The notes under the pieces: generated by a model
What the model saw: the letters and a program-made list of their open reading frames with translations, nothing else
What the model was told of the DNA's origin: nothing
Database searches by the model: none
In this document: piece after piece, positions 9,096 to 17,617 of the stretch
How the letters are laid out: the number at the start of each line of letters is the position of its first letter
How positions within the stretch are numbered: position 1 is the first letter of the stretch
Program-made: the position numbers and the translations under genes
Source: Candidatus Brocadiia bacterium
Lineage (GTDB): Bacteria > Planctomycetota > Brocadiia > CAIUPP01
Reading direction: 5' to 3'
Assembly: GCA_050015075.1 (NCBI GenBank)
Contig: JBEKCB010000009.1
Coordinates: 39,386 to 103,385, forward strand
DNA: 64,000 nucleotides

Positions 9096-9182
9096 CCACA
9101 GATAACACAGATGAACACAGATACGAAGAATCAGGCAGTCCGTTTCCGTCGTCATCTGTGTTCATCTGTGTCCATCTGTGGT
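9096..9182. repeat. Long hairpin with CACAGAT-repeat arms (pheA-tpiA spacer)
   Basis: CCACAGATaaCACAGATgaaCACAGATacg ... cgtcATCTGTGttcATCTGTGtccATCTGTGG. There are three heptamers per arm. Confidence 0.8.
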
Positions 9183-9220
9183 TTAAAAACCAACTCTTCG
9201 TTTACTGAGGCCAGCGCATC

Positions 9221-9979
9221 GTGAGAAAATCGTTCGTCGCCGGGAACTGGAAGATGAACACGAACGGCCAGGAAGCCGTTCAGCTCGGGATGGCGGTGGC
9301 GGCCGGCGCGCACGACGTGCGCGCGGACCTGGCGGTGTGCCCGCCGTTCGTCTATCTGTGCGCGGTGGCCGCCGCGCTCAAGGGCAGCCGCGTGGCGCTC
9401 GGCGCGCAGAACATGTACTCCGAGCCGAAAGGCGCCTACACCGGCGAGATCAGCGCCGCGATGCTCAAGGACGCCGGCTGCCGCTGTGTGATCCTCGGCC
9501 ACTCCGAGCGGCGCCACATTCTCGGCGAGAAGGACGACCTCATCCGCGCCAAGGTCCGCGCGGCGCTCGCGGCGCAGCTCGAGCCGATCCTCTGCGTCGG
9601 CGAGACGCTCGAAGAGCGCGACGCCAACCGCACGCTCACCGTGATCGAGCGCCAGGTGCGCGAGGGGCTTTCCGGCACCCCCGCCGAGCAGGCGCGCCGG
9701 GTGACGCTCGCCTACGAGCCGGTCTGGGCCATCGGCACCGGCCGCAGCGCCGCGCCCGAACAGGCGCAGGAAGTCCACGCCGCGATCCGCAAATTGCTCG
9801 CGGCGCTCTTCGGCGCCGATACGGCCGAGGCGATCCGCATCCAGTACGGCGGCTCCGTCAAGCCGGAAAACGCGCGCGCCATCCTCAGCCAGCCGGACGT
9901 GGACGGCGCGCTCGTCGGCGGCGCATGCCTCAACGCCGATTCATTCCTGCAGATCGCGCGCGCGGCCAAACAGGTCTGA
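9221..9979 (+). CDS. tpiA: Triosephosphate isomerase
   Basis: RKSFVAGNWKMN, ILGHSERR, AYEPVWAIGTG, YGGSVKPEN. GTG start. Confidence 0.95.
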   Translation: MRKSFVAGNWKMNTNGQEAVQLGMAVAAGAHDVRADLAVCPPFVYLCAVAAALKGSRVALGAQNMYSEPKGAYTGEISAAMLKDAGCRCVILGHSERRHILGEKDDLIRAKVRAALAAQLEPILCVGETLEERDANRTLTVIERQVREGLSGTPAEQARRVTLAYEPVWAIGTGRSAAPEQAQEVHAAIRKLLAALFGADTAEAIRIQYGGSVKPENARAILSQPDVDGALVGGACLNADSFLQIARAAKQV

Positions 9980-10066
9980 TTGCGGCCGCGCCGGGAATCG
10001 GATTTTTGGGCCGGGCTGCGGACCGACGCGGGCGCGGCTCGGGAACTTCATTAAGGGAGACGACTC

Positions 10067-10411
10067 GTGGGCATCTACCGCGGGATAGTGCTGGTGTTGC
10101 TGGTGATTGATACGGTTGCGCTCTGCGGGCTGATCCTGATCCAGCGCGGCAAAGGCGGCGGGCTCGCCGGCGCGTTCGGCGGCGGCGGCGTGGAACAGGC
10201 CTTCGGAACCCGCGCGACGACCCTCGCCCAGAAAGCCACCGCCGTGCTCGGCGGAATCTACCTGCTCCTCTCCATCGTGCTCGGCCTCAGCCTCGGGATG
10301 GGCCGCGCAGGCGCCATCGCGCCGACGCCGAGCCCCGAAATGCCCGTGAACACCATGCCGGAGAAGGCGCCGCTTCCCGCCGCGCCCTCGAATCCCGGGA
10401 ATGCCAAATAA
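10067..10411 (+). CDS. secG: Preprotein translocase subunit SecG
   Basis: LILIQRGKGGGLAGAFGGGG..QAFG, two TM segments, and the classical position after tpiA. AAGGGAG SD precedes the GTG. Confidence 0.85.
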   Translation: MGIYRGIVLVLLVIDTVALCGLILIQRGKGGGLAGAFGGGGVEQAFGTRATTLAQKATAVLGGIYLLLSIVLGLSLGMGRAGAIAPTPSPEMPVNTMPEKAPLPAAPSNPGNAK

Positions 10412-10995
10412 TGGACCATAACCAGGTCGAAGCCGCGTTCAAGAAGTGCGGCGCCTTTCTGCGGGGCCACTTTCAACTGACCTCCGGGCTGCACAGCCCG
10501 GGCTATCTCCAGTGCGCGCTGGTCTGCCAGGACCCGGTCCTGTGCGCCCGGCTGTGCGAAGAGCTGGCCAAGCCGTTCCGCGGCATCCGCGTGGACGCGG
10601 TGATCGGCCCGGCGATGGGCGGCATCGTGCTGGCGTACGAGCTGGCGCGCGCGCTCGGTGCTCGCGGCTTGTTCACGGAGCGCGGCGAGGACGGGCGGAT
10701 GACGCTGCGGCGCGGCTTCGCGCTCAACAGCGGCGAGAAGGTCGTCATCGCCGAGGACGTGATGACCACCGGCGGCTCCGCGGCGGAGTTGATCGAGATC
10801 GCCAACGCGGCCGGCGCGGAAGTCGTCGGCGTCGCGGCGCTCGTGGACCGCGGCGGCGCGAAACGGTTCGAAGGCCGGCGCGTCGCCTTCGCGCTCCAGG
10901 TCGAGCTGCCGACGTACAAGCCCGAAGAATGTCCGCTGTGCAAGGAGGGCGTCGCCCTCGTGAAACCCGGCAGCCGGAAACGCCCAGGAGCTTGA
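10411..10995 (+). CDS. pyrE: Orotate phosphoribosyltransferase
   Basis: GHFQLTSGLHSPGYLQCA and the PRPP-binding motif VVIAEDVMTTGGS. TAATG overlap with secG. Confidence 0.9.
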   Translation: MDHNQVEAAFKKCGAFLRGHFQLTSGLHSPGYLQCALVCQDPVLCARLCEELAKPFRGIRVDAVIGPAMGGIVLAYELARALGARGLFTERGEDGRMTLRRGFALNSGEKVVIAEDVMTTGGSAAELIEIANAAGAEVVGVAALVDRGGAKRFEGRRVAFALQVELPTYKPEECPLCKEGVALVKPGSRKRPGA

Positions 10996-10996
10996 C

Positions 10997-11863
10997 ATGG
11001 TCCGAAGCATGACGGGATTCGGCCTCGGCTCGAGCGAGACCGGCCGGTTCGCCGTGCGCGCGGAGGTCCGCTCGGTCAACAACCGCAACCTGCGCGTGAC
11101 GGTGCGGCTGCCGGAACGCCTTCAGGCGCTCGAGCCGGAGTTCGAGAAGATGCTCCGCGACGCGATGTCGCGCGGCACCGTCACCGCCGCGGTCACCGTG
11201 GACGACGTCAGCGGCGATCCGGGCTACGTGCTCGACACCGCCGCCATCGAGTTCTACCGCGAAGCGCTCAAGAAGGTCGAGAAGGGCAAGGTGCCGCTCG
11301 CGGTCCTGGTCTCGCTTCCGGGGGCCATCCGCAAGAAGCCGGTCGAGGAGATCCCCGCCGAGCTGATCGCCGCCGTGCGCGAGGCGATGCAGAAGGCCAT
11401 CAAGGAACTCGTCGCCGCGCGCGAGGTGGAAGGCGCGTTCATCTGGAAGGACATGACGGCGCGCTGCGTGGCGATCGGCGCGCTGGTCGAGCGCGTCGAG
11501 GCGCGCATCCCGCGCATGATCGAGGATTACCGGCGGCGGCTCTCCGAGCGGCTCGCGAAACTTCTCAACGGGATCGGCACGACGATCACCCCGGAAGACG
11601 TCCGCAAGGAAGTGGCGCTCTTCGCCGACCGATCCGACATCTCCGAGGAGATCACCCGGCTCCGCAGCCACCTGGCGCTGATGGCCAAGGCCGACAAACA
11701 GGACGAGCCGTACGGCCGCAAGTTCGAGTTCGTCATGCAGGAGATGTTCCGCGAGGCGAACACGATGGGCTCCAAGGCTACCGATGCCGAGATGGTGCAG
11801 GACATGCTCGACATCAAGTCCGAGATCGAGAAACTGCGCGAGCAGGCGCTGAACGTCGAGTGA
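10997..11863 (+). CDS. yicC: YicC-family stress-induced protein
   Basis: MVRSMTGFG N-terminus and EMFREANTMGSKA near the C-terminus. Confidence 0.9.
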   Translation: MVRSMTGFGLGSSETGRFAVRAEVRSVNNRNLRVTVRLPERLQALEPEFEKMLRDAMSRGTVTAAVTVDDVSGDPGYVLDTAAIEFYREALKKVEKGKVPLAVLVSLPGAIRKKPVEEIPAELIAAVREAMQKAIKELVAAREVEGAFIWKDMTARCVAIGALVERVEARIPRMIEDYRRRLSERLAKLLNGIGTTITPEDVRKEVALFADRSDISEEITRLRSHLALMAKADKQDEPYGRKFEFVMQEMFREANTMGSKATDAEMVQDMLDIKSEIEKLREQALNVE

Positions 11864-11870
11864 GGCGCGC

Positions 11871-12506
11871 ATGTTGCCGGCCGAAACCGGGCGAAAGTGC
11901 GGGCTTGCCCGCCATCCGTATGGCGGGCTGGCCGTGGTCGTCTCCGGGCCGTCGGGCGCGGGCAAGACCACCGTCTGCCGCGGGCTCATCGCGCGGTACG
12001 GCTACGAGCGCTCGATCTCGGCGACGACGCGCGCGCCGCGCGCCGGCGAGCGCGACGGCGTGGATTACCATTTCATGACGCGCGAGCGGTTCCTGGAAGG
12101 CGTCCGGCGCGGCGAGTTCCTGGAGCACTCGGAACATTTCGACAACCTGTACGGCACGCCGAAAGAGCCGGTCGAACGGGCGTTGCAGCAAGGGCGGACG
12201 ATCATCCTGGAAATCGACATCAACGGCGCTCAGCAGGTGATGGAGCGACTGCCGGCGCAGGACCGCTTCTGCATCTTTCTCACCGCGCCCGATGCGCGCG
12301 AGCAGGAGCGCCGCCTGCGCAGCCGCCGGACCGAAGGCGAGGAGGCCGTCCGCACGCGGCTCAGCCGCGCCGAGAAGGAAATCGCCCAGGGCCTGCGCTA
12401 CGACGCCCGGGTGGAGAACGACGTGATCGAACGCACCGTCCTCGAAGTTCATGCGCACATTCAGAAAGCGGAGGCGAGGAAAAACGATGGATGTGGACAG
12501 GCTTGA
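11871..12506 (+). CDS. gmk: Guanylate kinase
   Basis: VVVSGPSGAGKTT, ISATTRAPRAGERDGVDYHF, YGT. Confidence 0.9.
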   Translation: MLPAETGRKCGLARHPYGGLAVVVSGPSGAGKTTVCRGLIARYGYERSISATTRAPRAGERDGVDYHFMTRERFLEGVRRGEFLEHSEHFDNLYGTPKEPVERALQQGRTIILEIDINGAQQVMERLPAQDRFCIFLTAPDAREQERRLRSRRTEGEEAVRTRLSRAEKEIAQGLRYDARVENDVIERTVLEVHAHIQKAEARKNDGCGQA

Positions 12507-12741
12507 GCACTTGACGCAGAAGGTCGGCGGACGGTTCCGGCTGACCGCGCTCCTCCAGAAGCGGCTGGCGGAACTCGTGAAGGGTTCGCCGCCGCTGGTG
12601 GACCTGCCGTCGAACAATTTCTTCGAGGTCGCCCTGCGGGAGATCGAGGAAGGCCGGATCGAGCTGCTGCGCGCCTGGACGGCCCAGGACGGCGGCGGCC
12701 GCGCCGTCTCCGCGCCCCCTGAGAAAGAAGCCGACGAATGA
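12487..12741 (+). CDS. rpoZ: DNA-directed RNA polymerase subunit omega
   Basis: MDVDRLEHLTQKVGGRFRLTALLQKRLAELVKG, in the conserved gmk-rpoZ position. The start is internal to ORF 12451..12741. Confidence 0.75.
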   Translation: MDVDRLEHLTQKVGGRFRLTALLQKRLAELVKGSPPLVDLPSNNFFEVALREIEEGRIELLRAWTAQDGGGRAVSAPPEKEADE

Positions 12742-13292
12742 AGGCCGCGCATATCCTGCTCGGCGTCACCGGCAGCATCGCGGCCTTCAAGGCCGCCGAC
12801 CTGACCGCCGGCCTCACCAAGGACGGCGCGGAGGTCACCGTCATCATGACGGAGTCCGCGCAGCGTTTCGTCGCGCCGCTGACGTTCGAGACGCTCGCGC
12901 GCCGGCCGGTGATCACCAGCATGTGGACCCGCACGGCCGAGGTCGGGCCGGTCCACGTCGAACTGGCCGACTGGGCCGACCTGCTCGTCGTCGCGCCGGC
13001 GAGCGCCAACTTCATCGGCAAGCTCGCCCACGGCATCGCCGACGACATGCTCTCGTGCATGGCGATCACCATGACGCGTCCGCCGCTCATCGCGCCGGCC
13101 ATGAACGACAACATGTACCGCCACCCGGCCGTGCAGGAGAACATCCGCACGCTGCGCCGCCGCGGCTGCACGTTCATCGGCCCCGTCGTCGGCCGCCTGG
13201 CCAGCGGCAAAATCGCGCTCGGCCGGCTCTCCAGCGTGGAGGACATCCTCTCCGCAATCCGCCGCGCGCTGAAAACCAGCGGGCGGAAATAG
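12738..13292 (+). CDS. coaC: Phosphopantothenoylcysteine decarboxylase (stand-alone CoaC flavoprotein)
   Basis: ILLGVTGSIAAFKAADL..., APASANFIGKLAHGIADDML, PAMN..M. ATGA overlap with rpoZ. Confidence 0.9.
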   Translation: MKAAHILLGVTGSIAAFKAADLTAGLTKDGAEVTVIMTESAQRFVAPLTFETLARRPVITSMWTRTAEVGPVHVELADWADLLVVAPASANFIGKLAHGIADDMLSCMAITMTRPPLIAPAMNDNMYRHPAVQENIRTLRRRGCTFIGPVVGRLASGKIALGRLSSVEDILSAIRRALKTSGRK

Positions 13293-13294
13293 AT

Positions 13295-13387
13295 ATCGTC
13301 CTCGTCCTCGCTCTCGTCCTCGTCCTCGGTCGTAACTAACAGCGGTTCGAGGACGACGACGAGGACGAGTATGAGGACGAGGACGAT
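13295..13387. repeat. Palindromic intergenic element, (GTCCTC)n-arm type, copy 2 (inverted orientation)
   Basis: ATCGTCCTCGTCCTCGCTCTCGTCCTCGTCCTCGGTCGTAACTAACagcgGTTCGAGGACGACGACGAGGACGAGtatGAGGACGAGGACGAT. The loop is the reverse complement of the loop in copies 1, 3 and 4. Confidence 0.85.
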
Positions 13388-13405
13388 GGATTTCTGAGGC
13401 GACCT

Positions 13406-14047
13406 ATGCGCTTCATCGTCACCGCAGGCCCCACTCGCGAGTACCTCGACGACGTGCGCTTCCTGACGAACGCCTCGAGCGGGCGGATGGGCTATGCCGT
13501 CGCCCGGATGGCGGCGCGGCGCGGGCACAGCGTGGACCTCCTCACCGGCCCGGTGGCGCTGAGGGCGCCGTCCGGCGTGCGGGTCCACCGCGCAATCAGC
13601 ACTCAGGAGATGTACGAGGCGGCGAAGAAACTTTTCCCGCGCGCGGACTGCCTCATCGGCGCGGCGGCCCCGGCCGACTTCACGCCCGTCCGCCGGATCA
13701 AGGGAAAAGCGAAGAAAGCCGACGCGTCCCTCGTGCTGCAACTGAAGCCGACGGTGGACATCCTCGCCACGCTCGGCCGCGCGAAGAGCCGTCAGGTCAT
13801 CATCGCCTTCGCGCTCGAAGTGCAGAGCCCGCTGAAGAACGCTCGGCTGAAACTGCGCCGCAAGAACGCCGACGCCATCGTCCTGAACTCGCCCGCCGCC
13901 ATCGGCGCGCCCCGCTCCGACGCGACGATCCTCCTCCGCAGCGGCGCGCGACTGGAAGTCAAGCAGGCCACCAAGCAACGCCTCGGCCGCATCCTCGTCG
14001 GCCTGGCAGAATCATTGCGCGCAACGGCGCGCGACGATGGACGATAG
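13406..14047 (+). CDS. coaB: Phosphopantothenate--cysteine ligase (stand-alone CoaB)
   Basis: RFIVTAGPTREYLDDVRFLTNASSGRMGYAVA, AAAPADF, FALE. Confidence 0.9.
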   Translation: MRFIVTAGPTREYLDDVRFLTNASSGRMGYAVARMAARRGHSVDLLTGPVALRAPSGVRVHRAISTQEMYEAAKKLFPRADCLIGAAAPADFTPVRRIKGKAKKADASLVLQLKPTVDILATLGRAKSRQVIIAFALEVQSPLKNARLKLRRKNADAIVLNSPAAIGAPRSDATILLRSGARLEVKQATKQRLGRILVGLAESLRATARDDGR

Positions 14048-14064
14048 ACCATCGGCGACGGACC

Positions 14065-14183
14065 ATCGTCCTCGTCGTCGTCCTCCGCCCTCGTCCTCGT
14101 CCTCCGCCCTCGTCCTCGTCCTCGTCCTCGTCGTCGTCCTCGTCCTCGAACCGCCGTTAGTTACGACCGAGGACGAGGACGAT
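14065..14183. repeat. Palindromic intergenic element, (GTCCTC)n-arm type, copy 3 (expanded left arm)
   Basis: The left arm contains a tandem duplication of GTCCTCCGCCCTCGTCCTC. The loop is GAACcgccGTTAGTTACGACC. The right arm is short (GAGGACGAGGACGAT). Confidence 0.85.
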
Positions 14184-14249
14184 CTAGCGCGGGCGACGCC
14201 ATTTCTGCTATCCGCCGCGTTTCCCCGTTTCTCTTGCGCCTCTTCGCGG

Positions 14250-14924
14250 CTAAACTTTTTTCAGCCGTCCCCGCGCGCGGCGGGCTTCATCCTCGGCGAT
14301 CCACGATTTCGCGAGCGCCTCGACTTCGGCCGGCGCGAGGTCGGTCGGTCCGCCGATCGCGCGCCGCCGCAACGACGCGGCGATGTAGATCGAAATCCCG
14401 GCGGCGACGGAGACGTTCAGGCTCTGCGAGAAGCCGGGCATCGGCAACTGGTATCGCCCGTCGCACGCCGCGAGCAACTCGTCGGAAAGCCCGGCGTGCT
14501 CGCCGCCGAAGACCAGCGCCACCTTGCGCCCGAAATCCAGCGCCTCGATCGGCTGCGCCGCGCGGTCGGGCACCGCCGCCCACAGGCCGAAGCCCTGCTG
14601 GTGCAGCGCCCCGGCGCACGCCGCGCCGTCGGCATGCGCGTGAAGCTCCAGCCATTTCTCGCAGCCGCAGGTGATCGCGCGGTTGAGCGGCAGATCTTCC
14701 ATCGCGCCGACCAGGTGAACGTGCTGCACGCCGAACCCCTCGCACGAGCGCAGGACGGCGCTGATGTTGTGCGGATCGTGGACGCCGTCGAGCACCACGC
14801 GCACGCCGCCGAGCCGCCGGCCGGCCACCAGCCGCATCCGCGCGGGCCGGCGCTCCTCTTCCGGGATGTCCGGCGGCAAGTCCTCCGGAACGGGCGCTCG
14901 ACCGGATGATCGTTTCGTCGCCAA
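14250..14924 (-). CDS. trmH: SpoU/TrmH-family RNA 2'-O-methyltransferase
   Basis: VVLDGVHDPHNISAVLRSCEGFGVQHVHLV, ALVFGGEHAGLS, MPGFSQSLNVSVAAGISIY. Confidence 0.8.
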   Translation of the reverse strand: MATKRSSGRAPVPEDLPPDIPEEERRPARMRLVAGRRLGGVRVVLDGVHDPHNISAVLRSCEGFGVQHVHLVGAMEDLPLNRAITCGCEKWLELHAHADGAACAGALHQQGFGLWAAVPDRAAQPIEALDFGRKVALVFGGEHAGLSDELLAACDGRYQLPMPGFSQSLNVSVAAGISIYIAASLRRRAIGGPTDLAPAEVEALAKSWIAEDEARRARGRLKKV

Positions 14925-15112
14925 ATTCGGACCGCTTATGGAAGAACCCGGACAGGGTCAGCGCGCCGGCATCCTGCCGCCGGTAATAATGCAGTGCCCC
15001 CGAAATAACATACGTAAGTCCAGCCAGCGTCATGTCGCGCGCAGTACGCTGCGCGCTCTGGCTGCTCGTAGTGTGCCCGTAAGGGCATACGACGTAGCGC
15101 CTGACGGCGCCA

Positions 15113-16222
15113 CTACAAGCGCTGGAAACTGCCGATGCGGGCGCGGCGGTTGCCCTGGATTTTCCTGACGGCGGATTCGAACGCGGCGACCTCGCTCTTC
15201 GTCGTCAGCGCGCCCAGTTCCAGATCGTACTGCACCGTTTCGCCGGGCTTGAGCATCCTCAGCCGCCCTTCGGCGCGCTCCTTCGCGCGGCCATGGACCG
15301 AGTTCGTGGCCGGCTCGACGCCGACGACGTACGTGCCCTTGCCCAACTGCTTCCACTCGATCAGGTGCGGCAACTGCGTCTTGCGGTACACCACGTAGCC
15401 GCCGAATCCGAGCGCCGGGTTCACGATGCCGGCCATCGTCCGTCCGCCCGCCGTGGCGACGTCGTGGTGGTACACCTTCTCGCGGTACCCGGCGACCGGC
15501 GCGTGGAAGGAGGCGTACTCCGCCTTGCCGTCCTCCGCGTCGGCGTCGCGCGGCGTCACGCACAGGCTCGGCGAGACGAGCCGCGAGCCCGCGTCCACCA
15601 CCGGGAAGCCGAAATTGATGTGATAGAGCAACATGTGCGGCGCGGGCTTGTCGTCGAGGTTCGTCACTTCATCGTGCACGTACAGCTTGTTCTGGCCGAG
15701 GAACGCGAAGATCGAGCGCGTCAGGCACAGGCACGGGCCGAAGACCTTGCATTCCATCACCTTCCCGCGGACGCCGACGACGTAGTCGTCGCCCTTCCAG
15801 CCGCTGATCGTCCGCACCTCCTGCGCGGGAGTATTCGAGATGCGGCCGTGGAGGCCCAGCGGCACGCCCTCGTCCACGCACGGCGCGCCGAAGTGCGTCA
15901 GCCCGCACGTGCAGACCAGCCCGCCGAAGAACCCGCGCAGCCACTCGAGCCCTTCGGGCTGATAGAATTCCGGCGCCGTATCGCCCGCGCACGACCGCCA
16001 GCAGAGCGACCGGCCGTTGTGCTCCGCCGCGCTCACGTCCAGCGCGCGGTCGGCGAGCACGGTGAAGCGGAATCCCGACCCGGTGCTCAGCTCGATGGCG
16101 GCGACGCCTTTCGCCCGGCCTTCGGTCAGCGTGTGTGGCCGCACCGTGGCGATCTGCGAAGGGTCGCCGATACGCTCGAGGAGCTGCCTGCGCGTCCAGC
16201 TCCGGCCGAAGAGCCATGCCAT
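15113..16222 (-). CDS. DUF4432 / aldose-1-epimerase-like family protein
   Basis: LLERIGDPSQIATVRPHTLTEGRAKGVAAIELSTGSGFRFTVLADRALDVSAAEHNGRSLCW resembles the N-terminus I associate with DUF4432. This rests on recall, not a search. Confidence 0.7.
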   Translation of the reverse strand: MAWLFGRSWTRRQLLERIGDPSQIATVRPHTLTEGRAKGVAAIELSTGSGFRFTVLADRALDVSAAEHNGRSLCWRSCAGDTAPEFYQPEGLEWLRGFFGGLVCTCGLTHFGAPCVDEGVPLGLHGRISNTPAQEVRTISGWKGDDYVVGVRGKVMECKVFGPCLCLTRSIFAFLGQNKLYVHDEVTNLDDKPAPHMLLYHINFGFPVVDAGSRLVSPSLCVTPRDADAEDGKAEYASFHAPVAGYREKVYHHDVATAGGRTMAGIVNPALGFGGYVVYRKTQLPHLIEWKQLGKGTYVVGVEPATNSVHGRAKERAEGRLRMLKPGETVQYDLELGALTTKSEVAAFESAVRKIQGNRRARIGSFQRL

Positions 16223-16467
16223 GGCGATTCTCCTTTTGATGGAACGCGCGCTGTGAACGCCCGCCGTTCAGTCGGCAAGGTAGCGACCCGCGCCACAACT
16301 GTCAAGCCGAGACCGCCTCCGGCTGAAATCCTGCGGAAAAATCCGGATTCTCCTTGACAGGCTCGCGCGGGTGGGCTATCTATTACGGAAGAGGTATTCG
16401 GCCGCTGGCGGAGGAAGAAACGCGGAATTTATCGCCGATTTCGCGGCGGAATGCAAGGAGGCGCTCC

Positions 16468-16863
16468 GTGGCGACGATCCTGCTGGTCGAGGACGACCTC
16501 AACGAGTGCGTGCTGTATGAGCGCGAACTCGGCGAACAAGGGCACAACATCCTGATCGCGCACAACGGCCCGCAGGCGCTGGCGATGTGCGAAGACGCCA
16601 AGCCCGACCTGGTCGTCATGGACGTCAGCATGCCGGGGATGGACGGGATTGACGTGATGGGCCGCATGCTGTGCAGGAACCACAAGCTGCCGATCATCCT
16701 CAACACCGCGTACGCGTCGTACAAGGAAGATTTCCGCTCGTGGGCCGCGGACGCTTACGTCGTCAAGTCCGCCGACCTCACCGAGTTGAAGCAGACGGTC
16801 AAGCACGTTCTGGAGACGCGCCGGCAGGGCGCCGAGCCGAAGCCCGGCGGCGCGAAGGGGTGA
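16468..16863 (+). CDS. Single-domain response regulator (CheY-like receiver)
   Basis: ILLVEDD, DLVVMDVSMPGMDG, ILNTAY, and K in VVKSAD. AAGGAGG SD precedes the GTG at 16468; the ORF is open from 16354. Confidence 0.85.
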   Translation: MATILLVEDDLNECVLYERELGEQGHNILIAHNGPQALAMCEDAKPDLVVMDVSMPGMDGIDVMGRMLCRNHKLPIILNTAYASYKEDFRSWAADAYVVKSADLTELKQTVKHVLETRRQGAEPKPGGAKG

Positions 16864-17033
16864 GATGCAGGAATCGAGCGCGTCGGACCAGGGCAGTCCT
16901 TCCATGGACCCATGGATGAAGGCATCATCAACACGCCCGCTGAGCCATGCGCTCGGTTCCTGCGTCGCCTGCCGAAGTTAATCCTTTCCTTTGCCGACCT
17001 ATTACCTGATCAGGAGAGGACTCTGGGCGAGAC

Positions 17034-17062
17034 TTGAAAGCTTGAAGCCAGAGGGGTAGTAT
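17034..17062 (+). promoter_or_regulatory. sigma70-like promoter TTGAAA-N17-TAGTAT immediately upstream of the DUF4160 reading frame
   Basis: Hexamers read directly from the sequence. The -10 ends 7 nt before the first sense codon after an in-frame TAG. Confidence 0.45.
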
Positions 17063-17068
17063 CGTGTC

Positions 17069-17317
17069 CTGAGTCCAACGCTATTCACGTGGAAAGGGTA
17101 CCGGTTCTTCTTCTTTTCGCGCGAAGAGCCACGTCCTCATGTTCACGTCACTTGTGCCGACGGTGAAGCGAAATTTTGGTTGGGGCCAGCCGTTTCCCTG
17201 GCGAAGAACTACAGACTGTCAGGGTCGGAAGTGTCAAAGTTGAAGAAGGTGGTGGAGGAAAAGAAAGATGAGATCGTCCGTGCCTGGAACGACCGCTTCC
17301 AAGGTCGAAGTCACTAA
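17069..17317 (+). CDS. DUF4160-family protein (not in the ORF track; no canonical start codon)
   Basis: My own translation: (L)SPTLFTWKGYRFFFFSREEPRPHVHVTCADGEAKFWLGPAVSLAKNYRLSGSEVSKLKKVVEEKKDEIVRAWNDRFQGRSH*. The xPHVHV + AKFWL pattern is typical of DUF4160. The only start-like codon after the upstream in-frame TAG is the CTG at 17069. Confidence 0.6.
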   Translation: MSPTLFTWKGYRFFFFSREEPRPHVHVTCADGEAKFWLGPAVSLAKNYRLSGSEVSKLKKVVEEKKDEIVRAWNDRFQGRSH

Positions 17318-17561
17318 CGTCGGCTCGTTCGGCCTGTGGATTCTCCTCCAAGGGAAGGAATATTTCCTGCCCTATGAACAATATCCCTGGTTCAGGGAAG
17401 CCCGGATCGCCGACGTCCTGAACGTCGCTCTTGTGCATGAGGATCATCTGCACTGGCCGGCGCTGGATGTTGACCTTTGCGTCGAGTCACTGGATCACCC
17501 CGAAGACTTCCCTCTGATTTACAGAGACCGCGCCGCCGCATCCAAACGCCGCGCCAAGTAG
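17268..17561 (+). CDS. DUF2442-family protein
   Basis: VTNVGSFGLWILLQGKEYFLPYEQYPWFREARIADVLNVALVHEDHLHWPALDVDLCVESL. It overlaps the 3' end of the DUF4160 gene, as is usual for this pair. An alternative GTG start lies at 17280. Confidence 0.75.
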   Translation: MRSSVPGTTASKVEVTNVGSFGLWILLQGKEYFLPYEQYPWFREARIADVLNVALVHEDHLHWPALDVDLCVESLDHPEDFPLIYRDRAAASKRRAK

Positions 17562-17617
17562 ACCGCGCTGCGATTCTCAGCCGCAGAGTACCCCTAGCGA
17601 TATTTCGATTTTCAGGC

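Noticed and set aside
9070-9152. Possible pseudoknot or alternative pairing (ACGGAAAC / GTTTCCGT) interleaved with the CACAGAT hairpin
   Set aside because: Only about 8 contiguous complementary nt were found when checked by hand. That is too weak to claim without folding software.
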